A stretch of 60,000 nt of DNA from Lytechinus pictus (lineage: Eukaryota), in the NCBI RefSeq assembly GCF_037042905.1, contig NC_087250.1, positions 11,658,001 to 11,718,000 of the forward strand. Direction: 5' to 3'. How positions within the stretch are numbered: the first letter of the stretch is position 1; every line of letters begins with the position of its first letter. Position numbers and translations under genes: made by a program. Below, piece after piece: positions 37,568 to 51,014 of the stretch. The notes beneath the pieces are model-generated. The model was not told the DNA's origin and did not search any database. It saw only the letters and a program-made list of their open reading frames with translations.

Positions 37568-39757
37568 CTGTAAAGCACACCAATTAACATGCATTTTATT
37601 ACCACATGGTCATGATGATGGCGATGTGCCCTTTTAAAACGGTAAATTAACACTTAAGTTCGATTCTGCTCGTAACACACAACGCAACCACCGTCTAGCC
37701 TTTTATGTGTCGAATAAATGCAAAAGTTTTCAGCGTAATGTCATGAAGTAGACGGGGGAGTCTCCAGAGCCCCCCTCCCGGTTCCGTTACCCCTCAGCCT
37801 CAGTGTTTTACGATTTTTTTGTGTGGAAATAACGTAACCTGGGTATTCACCAATAGAATGAATACGGAAAGCAAAATGCAAGAGCAGCGGGCGTAGCCAT
37901 GATTGGTAGCAACACTAACAACAACAAAAACAATTTTGCGAAATAGCACTAAGCTCGGAATGTTTAGAGCGTATATCGCAAACATAGGATACGCCACGTT
38001 TATCATGTTTATCAACTTCATGAAATACAATAAGGTATGACATGTTCAGTATTACCTCTATATAGGCCTTCACAACTATCCTATAGTCAGATAGTTCTTA
38101 ACAAAGTTGAATTTCATTTGAGGTTCCCAGTATGAAGCAAGCCAATTATCAGATATATACATTCATTATTTCTCTTTTGCTATCGTTTTAAATGCAGCAT
38201 TTGGACATTATATTTTACAGATAATTTTCCCTCTTCCCCTTTTAATCCCTCTTATTTTCATTCCTCCAGTGAGTCTTCTTTTTTCCATTTTGAAAAACAC
38301 AACGCCCAAGTCAATTGACAAAATCTTGATTTCTGTAGCATGTCTTGAAAGAATACCCTAAAATGAGATTGTTCTATAACACACTGCACTTTTCTTTCCT
38401 AAGTTTGCTCCCAATCAAATTTACATTCTTTCACCAGACCATGACGTTTTCATTATTTTTTTGCGAATTTATTAAAATTGAGATGGAAAGAATAGAACGA
38501 GAGGGGGGGGGGGGGCTTAGCAGATGTTGACCTTTCATTCGCCCTTTACTCTTATTATCATTTTTACATGTCTCTCCTTTTCTCTCTCCGTCTTTCTTAC
38601 TTTTTTTTGTTCCAGAGGTCCCCCTTCTGTGTGACATGTGGTCTTGCGGGACATGTGGTGGCTATCGATCGCTGACAAAACCTATCGATCGGGAATAGCT
38701 GCGTGAAGGCTGGCGATCGATAGCGCTGTTGTGAACACCGTAAAAATACCGCCACATGCTCCCTCTAAAAAACAAAGCGGCACAAAAGGGGGAATTCAAT
38801 TCGAATAGCGCAGTACAGACTTCATGAATATTTGATGTTCAGGATTAAAGGAAAATCGGCTTGTTATCCTCTTAAGGGCTGGAAAATAATTTCTGTGGAA
38901 TTAGGAGAGAGTGCTTGACGAGGGACACTAACTGTAAAAAAAAGTTTTATGAAGATTAGTTGCAGTTAAGCGGATTTGGAACAAGCAGATATGAGGCCAA
39001 AGCAATAAACATTCCGTTACTTGGCTGATGATTACTAAGCTAACAGAAGCTAATGCGCGGCGCAGTCACAACACCGGAACCGTCTCCAGACCGACCAAAC
39101 CTACTACGTTATTACAAATGCCATATCAACGATCCGTTTTGGAGTCGGTTTCATTGGTGTGTCTGTAGCAATACAAAAATAGAATATAAAAGATTCAATC
39201 ATAGAGCCCTGACAGACGCCATCAACTTCTGACAATCTCACTGACAAAAGGAATGTTATAACCACACTCTTAACATAATTATTCAAAATACGTCGAACGA
39301 GAGACAGATGGTCTTAAAGTTATGTATACATTTCAGTAATCTATTTTGGTCAGATATTACCCAGTCGAAAGCAACCAGAAAAGAGTACAATAATGAAATA
39401 AAGATAGGTGCGCCTGAGTGACCATTTTATCCATAGAAATTTCTAGTTACTTTATTTCAGTTGTGTACCGTAAAATGTTTTTGCAAGCATGATTATGCTC
39501 ATTCGTATGATTTTTTTAAAGACAAAGAGAGGGAGGGAGGCCGGGGGGCGAAATTATTTTTTCCACCGAGTTCTGGACCAACATATGAATATTCATGACT
39601 TGCGTCTTCGGATTGAGAGTACGCATGCGCGTGGACCAGTGCCGATCGTAAGCATTCACGTTGCTCAGAATGAATTGGCATCGTCAAATTACCGGTACCC
39701 TTACATAGATGACATAGGCCTTATAGGCTTAGATCTATATATATATATATATATATA

Positions 39758-40578
39758 CAGTGCGTCCCACAAAAAACGAAACCGAGATTTATCGATGATT
39801 AATCATAAATTAATCACAAATACAATAGACAAATGACCTACCATTGTAAAGCTTAGAATCTCCTCTTTCATCATAAATTACTTAGATTCTTTCTCATCCA
39901 CTTATGAGTGAGCAAAAACAATTTGAAGAGGGGATAGCAAAAAGTCATTTGGTGGGCTGTATCTGGGTTTCAAAAAGAAAAACACATTTTTAAAAAGTTC
40001 AATATCTGCTTTTTAATTTGATACCTCAATTACAGAAAATGGTCGAGAAATAACAAAGTTCTGGTTATTTGAAATAAGGCTTGAATTTCAATAATTTCAG
40101 AAAATGAAGAGGTTCTGCAGGCTAGCGTTCAAACTCACTTGACATTCCGCTTTTTTTGACGATCAGCCATGCATTAAGTCTTTTGTTAACCATGGGATAG
40201 CTTCTGTGGGAAACCGGTGAAAACACGTTTATTTAATGAAATTATGGAAATACAATAATTGTTTCGAGAGAACATAACTTGTTTACTTCTTGACCATTTT
40301 TTATGATTAAGGTATCAAATAAAAGAGCAGATATTGAACTTTCTAGGCATGTGGTTTTCTTTTTGAAATTCAGATACCCCCCACCAAATGAGTTTTTTGT
40401 ATCCTTTCTTCAAATTGTTTTTGCTCACTCATGCGTGAATGAGGAATAATCTAAGTAATATCAGATGAAAGAGGAGATTCTAAGCTTTACATTGGTAGGT
40501 CATTTGTCTATTGTATTTGTGATTTAGTTATGATAAATCATCGCTTAATCTCGGTTTCGTTTTTTCTGGGACGCACTG
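39758..40578. mobile_element. Tc1/mariner-type MITE with ~300-bp TIRs, inserted in (TA)n
   Basis: ta|cagtgcgtccca ... tgggacgcactg|ta; absent from the right arm of the duplication. Confidence 0.9.
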
Positions 40579-40712
40579 TATATCCAATCCTTAAACACTT
40601 AATAAACTAGCTGCCATTAATGGCAAGACATGTGCTAGGGTAGGGCTAGCTTAGGCTAGCGCATTAACTTTACCTCAAATCTGGACCTGTCTAATTAATG
40701 CCTAGTACTAAT

Positions 40713-43304
40713 CAGTGTTGTAGTGCCTTGATGCTCGGCCTTGGCCTTAAGGCGCCTTGATGCCTAGCTACTTTTTCAAAGCCTTGGCCTTGAGAGGGCC
40801 TTGGCCTTGAGGATTTTGAGCCTTGAAATTTTAAGGCATTTTCAAGGCATTTTCAAGGCTTTTTCAAGGCATTTTGTATTTTGTACTTTCATTTGTTTTA
40901 AATAAGTAATTATAAATGTTTCAATTGTTTTTTTTATATTTAATAACACTAATGGCCAATACTACCAATTACCAGTAACAGTAGCAGCAGCAGTAGTAAG
41001 TGTACTAGCAGTGTCATCAATTGTAATTGTCACCATTATCAAGAAATTCAAACAAAGAATACATCAGTTTTGAAAAATAGCATTATGTATTAATGTGTTG
41101 TAATCATATGATGATAATGACAGTAAATAATAATGGTCATGATCAAGATAATAGTGCTTTGATGAAAAGAATGATTTTTACATCTGACTGCAATTTTGAC
41201 AACAATTTCATACTTTAAACATATAGCTAACTCTAAAGAACGATAACAAGGTTGATTTCTATTCCATTAGGATTTTCCTTGTATTATTTTCTTTGGCCAA
41301 CAAGAATGTTTTAAGTCTTAATGATATTCTGAAAAGATTTGGTAAACTTGAACACAGTCTCCAATGTTGTCATATCCAAATGGGTTATGTCAATGGCATG
41401 ATGAGCCAGAAACTTTGAAGGGCCAAGCATGGCATATATAGAGCAAAATTTCTGTCAAAAAAATAAGAAAGCGATTGAAGCGAGCGAGTGAACAAAATTT
41501 GTCCCCCTCTTTCTATAAGAAAAGCTAATTTTGCAATAGATTGTTTAAAAAATAATATCACATTTACTCCATCTTTTCCTTCCCCCCCTTGTCTAAGTTT
41601 ATTCTTGGTGGTGGGACTTCTTCTTCTCTCTATCGCTCTTCTAAATTTTATGTTTGTTTTGGTTCAGATTGACAAAACAAAGAGGAGAAAATGTTTACTT
41701 CTTTTTAATCATATATCGTTCAACATTGAATCTCATTTCTCTAAAGTTTCAAGGAAATAAACAACGTATTTGTTTTTGTGTCAATATGGTTTCAAGAAAT
41801 AATAATTAACAAAAAATAATTTAATAATTAATAATCATTAATATTATCAATAAGTATTAATAATTAATGATTAATTAACTGTTTAATAAAAGTGGTTGTA
41901 AGCAGAAAAAAATATGAAAACTGACAAGAGTCCTAAAAATGACTCATTTTCAGTTTAAGCATTTGAAAATTTTAGCTTGCGCTTTGTGCTCTCTTGCCCC
42001 CCCCCCCCCCCAAAAAAAAAAATCCCTGTAGGATTTTTTTTCCCAAATGAAATATGCCCTTTTTAAAAAAGAAATACCTTCTTTAATAATAAAACATAAT
42101 ACATTTTAGGTTCGAAAATCACAGATTTTGAATCGCGCTTGCATCAATTATTGTTTATTACAGTACTGCTAATGGTTACAAAAATGTATAGAATGTTGCT
42201 TTATGGTTGAAATATCACAAATATTTGGCTCGCTTCCTGCACTCGCATCAATTATTGTACTCGTTCTCTTCCCGTTCACAAAAAAATGCTTAGAATGTCC
42301 AGTTTTCAGGTTGGAATATTACAAATTTTTGAGCTCGCGCTTTGCGCTCGCATTATTTTTTATTGGTGAGTTATGTATCTTATTTAAAATGCAGTAATTA
42401 ACTTTGCTTCCTTTACTGGTCAGTATATAAAAAGAATTAGCGAGGGCAAAGTTATTTTTTAGTTAGATACACATCTTTTTCATGATTACAAAACCAGCTC
42501 AGAATAAAATAATTTCCATGTCTTAGTACACGACATGTCAAGAAGTTTGAGCTGGTGATTCGCGCAAGGAAATTTCAACAATGATTAGCCCCATAATTGA
42601 CCATAAATCAAGTTTTACAACATCAGAATTGATTTTTTTTTCAAAACCGCTTGCTCGCTATGCTTTCTCGCTGAGAAGTAAAACCTAAAGCAAAATATCT
42701 ATCTTATAATTAAAAATCATATTAGAAAGCCTTTGCTCAACTTAATTTCTATAAAACACACAATTACTTCACGCAGTTCATAATCTCATTTTGAAAATAC
42801 ATGTATCTGTTTGCACAAAAAAACTCATTTTGATAAATGGGTGCCTTTTTGGCGTTGACCCCCCCCCCCATAATAATCTTCTGCTGCCCCTGTACAAGGG
42901 AGTGGAGAAAAACATACGTTGAGAATGCCAGGATCAGATGACCGTGGTAATAATAATTATTGCAATGTAAATCGCCTATAGAAAAATTATGGATTATGTG
43001 TACACAGGTAACTATATCATTATTTTAATATGTCTCTATCATGAAATTATTTTTGTTTTAATTGTACAAAGGTTAATTTTTTTCTCGCTCAGTCCCCTCG
43101 CTCACATACATTTTACCATGTGTGATGTCTGCCGCCTAAGTATTGTTAGTTCATTGTTCTGTATATCGTAAGTTTGAAATGCCTTGGCCTTGAGGTTTTC
43201 AGGCCTTGGCCTTGGGTTTCCATGCCTTTGCCTTAGGTATTGAAGCCTTGGCCTTGGGTATTAAAGCCTTGGCCTTGGAGGTTTTAGCCTTGACTACAAC
43301 ACTG
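40713..43304. mobile_element. 2.6-kb non-autonomous DNA transposon (hAT-like termini) with subterminal GCCTTG arrays
   Basis: 12-bp perfect TIR cagtgttgtagt / actacaacactg; many gccttg at 40724-40826 and 43181-43292; absent from the right arm; no ORF. Confidence 0.85.
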
Positions 43305-43510
43305 AATAGCCGACTAATGCCATGGTTAACTTCGAACTGGTTAATTCCGAACTTCACGTTTAATTAGGTTTAGACAAATATTAGCTTATTTGCCATGGTT
43401 TAATATGTCTAGTCCGTATACAAAACCAGTCCTAGATCTAAAAAAAAATATCTTAGTTCTAGTCTAGTCTCTATATCTAGACTCTGATCTACGCTGTATC
43501 AGCATGGAAC

Positions 43511-43830
43511 CACTAGTGTACAAAGGGGGGGGGGGAGACTGTCCCTCTGACGAGTCACAACTGATTCAGGGGACGTACCCCCTTTGAGAAGCCAAATTAA
43601 TAATTTGTAATGTAAAAATGCAATGAAAAAGACGTATGTCCCCTTTTTTTAACGTGAAGATCTTTTTTTTTTTTTTGCTTGTCAATTTCTTTTTCAGCTA
43701 AGAAATCCATAATTTGGGGTGAAGACCCTTTTTTTTGGGGGGGGGGGGGGGGGCTTGTCACATTTTTTCGCGGACGAAATATCCTCTAAAAAATTTGCCC
43801 CCCTTTTGGAATATCCTAGGTACACCAGTG
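43511..43830. mobile_element. Poly-G-containing MITE
   Basis: cactagtgtac ... gtacaccagtg; gcatggaac occurs on both sides. Confidence 0.65.
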
Positions 43831-44432
43831 CGTGCATGGAACGTATTCTAACGTCAGGCACAAATTAACGTCAGTGATCTTGATCCCCGTCTTCACCCAA
43901 AATTAAGGATTTCGTAGCTGAAAAAAATTTGACAAGAAAAAAAAAAATCTTCACGTTCAAAAGAGGGGACATACGTCTTTTTTCGTTGCATTTTGACATT
44001 ACAAATTTGGCTTCTCAAGGGGGGGGGGCACGTCCCCTGGATCAGTTGTGACTCGTCAGGGGGGCAGTCTGCCCCCCCCCCTTTGGTACACTAGTGGTTC
44101 CATGCTGATAGCGCGTAGATCAGAGTCTAGATCTAGAGACTAGACTAGAACTAAGATATTTATTTTAGATCTAGGACTGGTTCTGTATACGGACTAGACA
44201 TATTAAACCATGGTAAATAAGCTAATATTGGTCCAAACCTAATCAAACGTAAAGTTCGGAATTAACAAGTTCGAAGTTAGCATGGCATTAGTCGGCTATT
44301 CCTATTAGTATTAGGCATTAGACAGGTCCAGATTTGAGGTAAAGTTAATGCGCTAGCCTAAGCTAGCCCTACCCTAGGCCTAGCACATGTCTTGCCATTA
44401 ATGGCAGCTAGTTTATTAAGTGTTTAAGGATT

Positions 44433-44465
<33 letters not shown>

Positions 44466-46381
44466 TCTAAGCCTATAAGGCCTATGTCACTATGTAAGGG
44501 TACCGGTAATTTGACGATGCCAATTCATTCTGAGCAACGTGAATGCTTACGATCGGCACTGGTCGAGGCCAAGTCCACGCGCATGCGTACTCTCAATCCG
44601 AAGACGCAAGTCATGAATATTCATATGTTGGTCCAGAACTCGGTGGGAAAAATAATTTCGCGGCCGGGGGGGGGGGGTGCAAAAAGCATCGCATAACAAA
44701 ACACATACACACACAACGGTCGGTGAGCTAACACAGTGCCCATGCTGATTTTAAGGATGTAAACCTCACCATCTAAATTATATAATGTGGCTGACACTTT
44801 GATGGAATGTTGTGAAAATTCAGGTAAAAAACATCTGGGTGGGAAAGAAAAGGGGGGGGGGGGGTAAGAATCATCTTGAAGCATGAAACCTTAATATAAT
44901 TTAATCTTTAAAAATGAAAAAAAAAATATATATAAGATTAAGCTTGTGAAGACATATGCCTACAGACATGATAGATGATCTCACTGATTTGACTATTAAT
45001 TGGCCTATTGCGATAACACATGCTAGAACCTCCAGTAATGTATCATCATATACAGTTATATATCGCCATTGACTAGTTTAGAGGGCTTGATTTCAATTAT
45101 TCAAAATTTTCTTAATTACTTCATTTTTTCCAAAATTATACCATGAAATATTTGAAAAAAAATCTCAAATTGTCGTACTCTATACATTAATGATTAATTG
45201 GCCGCGCAGCTTGTACTAACATTGTGAGCACACATTATTATATTGGAACATAACTGTAAAAACCATATGGGCTTTCCCGGAAAGATATACAAATCGTTTA
45301 ACAGGTTATGTACACATTAAACAATGATTTTTGTAAAACATTACTCATTGTTTTACCGTAAAAGAAACATACGCGATTTTTTCTGCGTACAAAAATTATT
45401 GCTTCATTTCGACAAGAGCGCATGATTTAATGGAAAAATTCTACACAACAATTGAAAAATCCTAAACAGTATTTCGTGTATATTATCTAACAAATCCACA
45501 TTTTCCTTTTTGCCAACCAGGGGTTAGATCTACATGGGTTGACCTTTCACAACTGTTATTGAACATTTTTTGGGCTTAACATAAATGTATGGAATTTATG
45601 AATGTGTTAATGATGTTGCATTGAATAGATATGGTCACAGAAAAAATAGGAACATTTGCCATATCTATTATTTTTCAAATTAAAGCAACAACAACAATAA
45701 TAATGATAATAATAATATTGATAATACTAATAATGATAATATTTACAATAATAATATTAATAATAATAATAATAATAACAACACCAACAACAATAATAAT
45801 AATATTCAACAACAATAACGTTTAACACAATCTTTGTATGGGCGTTCCATACTATCACCAATGAAATCAGTTAATTGGCTAAGATTAACATAAATTAACT
45901 AAAAATCGAATGGATTTGAAAGAAAACGAGTAGAAAGTCAAAGAAGGGACCAGAAAAAAAAATCTCTTTTAAGAAACTAAACAAGTAAAAGGAGACAGAA
46001 AGACACGAAAATGAGCAAAATGAATCATCATTAGATCGAAAACAACAAGCAAATTAATAAAATAATAAAATAATAACATCTAAACACTAAACAGACCCCC
46101 GAAAGTTTTAATAAATGATGCTACTCAAATATCACCGAATAATCTCCCTTCCCAGGTAATCTACGTTCCACAATTACTATAGGTGGCGATATTGCGTAGA
46201 AAAACAAACCTGCTATCATAGTGTAGTAAAAAAAAAAAAAATAAATCTGGAACGCAAGTGAGTATTGAACTTCCCCACTAGGTGGCGCTGTTCCATTTCT
46301 TACCACTGCTACGATAGAGTTGTGCGAAAACTCGATTGTACATGTGGAATAATCTTGCCTTAAATCTTCTTCCATTTTTGT

Positions 46382-46580
46382 GGTGACACGACATTTGCTC
46401 CTGCGACATTTTCTCCGTTCTTAATATCTCAGAGGGCATAGGGTTAGAGTTGGGATTGTAATACCGTTTTGGGTTGAGAATTATGTAAAGATAAGGATTA
46501 GTGTTCATTATTTTAGTTTCGGCGATCCGATTTTATGTTTGTTAACGTGCAGATTTTCCATTGGAGCCAAAGTCATGGAC
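46382..46580 (-). mobile_element. Second copy of the (CCCTAA)-containing element
   Basis: ggtgacacgacatttgctcctgcgacatt ... tagggttagagttggg ... ggagccaaagtcatggac. Confidence 0.7.
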
Positions 46581-47082
46581 TCTATACTGTCATATCAAAG
46601 ACATCAACGACAACGAAACAACATGCATTATTAAATACATCTCTTTGTTAATTGATTGATGTGGTATTGTTTATTATGACTAATCCCTGCTGAAAGGGAA
46701 AGGTATCCTATGACGCCAGGCTGGTTTCAATTAATGAAAAATATAATCTTCAAATAATAATAATTATAACAATAGTACTCAATATTTATAGCGTGCTTTT
46801 TCAACATGGTCCAAAGCGCTCACAATATCAGTTCAACTAATTTCTACAAAAACAAATCAGAATGATATATCAAATAAATCAAAAAAAACAAACATTGCAC
46901 CTATATGCTCATCGTGCCCCCCCCCCCTCCTCCATCACCACTGGGTCGAGGCCAAAGGGGAAGGGGCTAACCATCCCATATGCTTCTTAAGTACAAGAAA
47001 ACAAGAAGACAGAACGAGGGGGGGGGGGGAGATAGGGAACAGGAAAGAAAGAAGGGAGAAGAGTATAAAAATGAGAGGTCTG

Positions 47083-47220
47083 GGGTCCGTTTCATAAAAC
47101 TCGAATTTACAATAAGTTGTAAGCTACCGAAATCCTTTAATATGATTGGCTGATAGTAAACTTGTTATAGAAATTGTGCATTTATTATTATGAGCAAGCC
47201 TTTTTTTATGAAATGGGACC
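47083..47220. mobile_element. PIF/Harbinger-type MITE
   Basis: ctg|gggtccgtttcataaaa ... ttttatgaaatgggacc|cag. Confidence 0.65.
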
Positions 47221-47955
47221 CAGGTGTTGTAACTATAATATAATACGTCATAATACAATTGAGAAGATATGATTATTATGACGTCACTTTTATTCTATTT
47301 TATTTTTTACACGTGCACACATTGGTATCAATCAATATTGCATCAAACAGTTTTATTTTATTTGATGCAAGGTATAAGAGCAATGTAGATAAAAATACCT
47401 TGGTCAATTAAGGGCTGTGTCGGAAATTGAACCCCGGACTTTGCTGGTGTAGTTGGCGCCTTAGCCCACCCGACCACTGTACCTCGCCTCAATTTAGATT
47501 GTCTTGCCCCGCTATCGAGAACCCCAGGCGCCGCTCCGCTCGGGCCTGATGCGGAAATAAAGACCAAACCTAACTATCACGTCTGGTATACAAGACTACC
47601 GCTCTGACCTCTTTGATGTTGCTCACCCGTTATCCGCCTTAAACCCATTTTATTTCCGGGTTTATAAAGACCAAATACCAAACTTAACTATCACTGGTTC
47701 ATAATGGCTAGATAACGAATTGTTGTTTATATTAAGTACTAAATTCGCAAGGTATTAAACAAAAACAAAAACAGAAAAAAAAACCAAAAAAAAAAACCCA
47801 CTGCGGAGATTTTTCCTTGTCGAAATTCTTGACATTAAGATTGTTAGGTAGTGTCAAGTCAGGAAAATGCAATTCTTATTGCACGATACTGGCTAATCTC
47901 AAGTTCAGTGTTGAAATTTTGGTGTTGATGTAAGGTCAATTTTTTCACACGATTA

Positions 47956-48196
47956 CACTGCAAAAACCCCGGGTTGATTTAACACCAGCCCGGAATCTAT
48001 ATATGTCCACACCAGAGAAGTATTGAAACAACACCAGTTTGGAATCAAATCGATGCTGTTTTAATACTAATTGGTGTTATATAAACACCTATCCGGTTTT
48101 AGACCAAAACGAAACTGGTGTTGTTTAACACTTCTCTGGTGTGGACATATATGGATTCCGGGCTGGTGTTAAATCAACACCAGAGTTTTTGCAGTG
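47956..48196. mobile_element. Near-palindromic CACTG MITE
   Basis: ta|cactgcaaaaac...gttgatttaacaccagcccggaatc...atgtccacaccagagaagt pairs with acttctctggtgtggacat...gattccgggctggtgttaaatcaac...gtttttgcagtg|ta. Confidence 0.9.
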
Positions 48197-48917
48197 TATA
48201 ACACGAAACATAAAATGAAGATGGTCCCGAAAAGTCACTCACTGGTTGTTGAGATGTCAATGTGATCTAGATCAGTTTTACAAAGTCTGAATAAGTTTTG
48301 GAGCTAGGGGAAGCAATCCAAATTTCAACACCAACACCAACACCAAGGCCAACACCAGACTTGAAATCACCCATTGAGGGGCCAGGATATAACGATGGGG
48401 GGGGGGGGGCGTATATGTGACGCCATGCTTTTTATCGATAGAATTATAGAGACAACACATAATTAGACGGCCCACTCTTTCTTTTTTTCCCAGTTTTCCC
48501 ATTTCCCTTTTCTTTTATCCCTCTTCAGAAATATAAAATCAAGTTGGTGAGGGGGGGGGGGGGCTCTTTGTCCCAATTTTGCACCGACCCTGTTCGTGAT
48601 TATAAAACTCAAATGTTAATTCGTTTACTGATTACTTAAATTGTAGTTCATCTCCCTTTAGAAAATTCCTTATTTATCACATTCTTGCCTAATACTCATG
48701 TAAAGGAGATTATACATTCTTTTTAAAAAAACTCTTTTATGGAAATGGAAATAAAGATTAAAATCAAATAATTCAAGGGTTATATTTAGAAACAATATCG
48801 ATATCAGATATTGCCAGACGAGCATCTAAATAAGGTAACAATTAGTTTAGTTCTTGGTAGAAATTTTTTGAATAAACCTAAATTCATATAATAATATACA
48901 AAAGAACAAGTAGGGAT

Positions 48918-49109
48918 ATGACATCATCAGCCCACCTTATGAATATTCATAAAGACATGCCTAAAACTGTTTCACCGGAATAATGCAAATCTTTAAAATT
49001 CAATAACTTTGTTATCTGTTATCCGAATTTGATGATTTTTTTTGCATTTTGCTTTGTGATTTTTACTCTATTTATTGAGATAGAAATATCTCCAGCCTTG
49101 ACCATCCCT
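48918..49109 (-). mobile_element. Kolobok-like terminal fragment
   Basis: tgacatcatcagcccacct ... gaccatccct|ttaa, reverse-complement homolog of 19874-20066. Confidence 0.75.
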
Positions 49110-49440
49110 TTAATAATGGCACAATGTCAGGAATCCCGGTGGCTCGGCTTATGGATGACAAAGCAGCCTCATGAATGGAAAATCATGGGTTCGAACCCCT
49201 GTCAGGCCATACACAAATGACTTTGGGATTAGGAAATCGTAATAAACATACTCTGCAGGTATATACACTGGGTATATGCCTACCTCAAGGGCCGCGGAAC
49301 AATTTTGAAAGCGTTTAAGTTGGGGGTAGGTTGGGACTGAAAATGCATGAAGTTACATTTTGATGATCATTTTCACATTTTTGGAATACTTGTTTTCTGA
49401 AGAAAGAAGCGGTGAAAAGCTACAGCCCCAATTCCTGTAC

Positions 49441-49471
<31 letters not shown>

Positions 49472-50036
49472 TATATACTGCGCTTTTTTTTCTTTGAGGG
49501 AATGTTTGAGGGAGATTCTGGTTAAGTTTCGCATTGGTGAACCATAATGATAAAAATCATCTAAAAGCACAACAAAACAAAAACAAAAATCTTTCATCCT
49601 TTAGGTAATTCAAGGGCATTTTATACAGGCCGAAAAGTACCCCAGCATGATAACGGAAACATTTCTTCATTTGATTTCTGTTTGTCTTATGAAGTGAAAG
49701 AAAAAAAAAACCCAATAATATAGCATTATTGTATCAATCGAAAGCATCATGGTCGAAAAGATCCAGAAGAAAGAGAGAGAGGGAGAAGAGAAGACGGACA
49801 ATAAAGAAACGAAAAAGAAAGAAAGAAACAGAAATAGGGCGAGAGAGAGAGAGATAATTCGAAGGGGGGGGGGGGGTGAGGGAGAGAGAGGGGGGGGGGG
49901 GCGAAGGGAAGGGAAGAGAAGGGGCACCCGTTTATACAACTTTATTCCACGCCTCACTTCAACAACTCTACAATAAAGGGTATGGGATATGGAGCATTTT
50001 TTTCTTTCTAACTTTGCGAAACTGGATGCGCATGTA

Positions 50037-50289
50037 CACTGTAACAAATATTTGGCGAAATTTTTACCACCACGAGGGTAATTATGAGTCCAACCAATTT
50101 GGGGCAGTATTTTACCCAATCCTGAAGCATATTGTCCAGGAAGGATAACAAAATAAGCAGCAGTTACTTTAGAATGGGAAAAATGTTCATCACACTGGAT
50201 AGATAAAAATGCCCAAAAGAAATGCCCAATGTTGGTTGGACACATAATTACCCTCATGGAGCACCTGTACCCAACATTTGTGTAGAGTG
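50037..50289. mobile_element. CACTG-family MITE
   Basis: ta|cactgtaacaaat ... tgtagagtg|ta; internal inverted gagggtaattatg.gtccaaccaa. Confidence 0.8.
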
Positions 50290-50769
50290 TATTCTATAAA
50301 CATGAAAGAACTTTCATGTCATCCTTTAAATCTATTCCCTTTTTTTTTTCCTTTTTAAGCCTTGCCGCACTCCAAGAAACACTACTCTTGTATTTTATTT
50401 CCTTGATCATGCAGGCTTCCCCTCGTTTCTGAAATTATTTTGATAAAAACGCGACCCTTTCCTTCCTGCTCTCTGCCCTATCCGCATGACAGGAAAGAGA
50501 CCTGGTATGATAAGATGATTAATAAACGATAATCAAGAAGTTTACACCGTCAATCCGGATCCGTATAGAACGCAATAGACCCAATAGATGCAATGGGACG
50601 GTCACACACAGGAACCAACCCCGTACCGATCAAAACTGTCATGTTATTACCATACATGTCCATGTTATTACCAATGATATATCATCGGCTTTCATCGCTC
50701 GGTTTGGATTCGGTTACGCACAAGTGACTGTGACGTTACAATGCGATTCACTAGTCGGTCATTGCTTGT

Positions 50770-51014
50770 AATAGCTGCTGTCGAAAGTGTCATTCATCAC
50801 GGTCTACTAGTGTGTATAGTTTCGACGGCTATTGTTTCTATTGACGAAATGAAGTTATATACACAGATACGACAGAAGAGATTCTACGGATTTTGACACC
50901 GAATGGAAGAAATATCATTAATAAAGAAGTGAGGCTCTCCGATTCTCCTGACAGAGAAAGGAGGAAATTATTAGTTCAGCGACGGACCAAAATAAAAAAA
51001 GATCGGGAAGCTAT
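50770..51014 (+). other. Candidate non-coding first exon (5' UTR) of the ARM-TIR gene
   Basis: Unique, compositionally balanced stretch ending at a consensus donor ctat|gtgagt (51015); the start position is a guess. Confidence 0.35.

Larger units (their letters stand above)
39548..44661. repeat. Large inverted duplication (~770-bp arms); left arm split by two insertions
   Basis: 39548-39757 + 40579-40712 + 43305-43726 together are the reverse complement of 43889-44661. Confidence 0.9.

Noticed and set aside
43546..43580. Hammerhead ribozyme suggested by ctgacga
   Set aside because: No correctly placed GAAA or closing stems found
39489..44731. Paralogous small ORFs (MPIHSEQRECLRSALV, HAHAYSQSEDASHEY)
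   Set aside because: By-products of the inverted duplication; the frames differ between arms because of an indel
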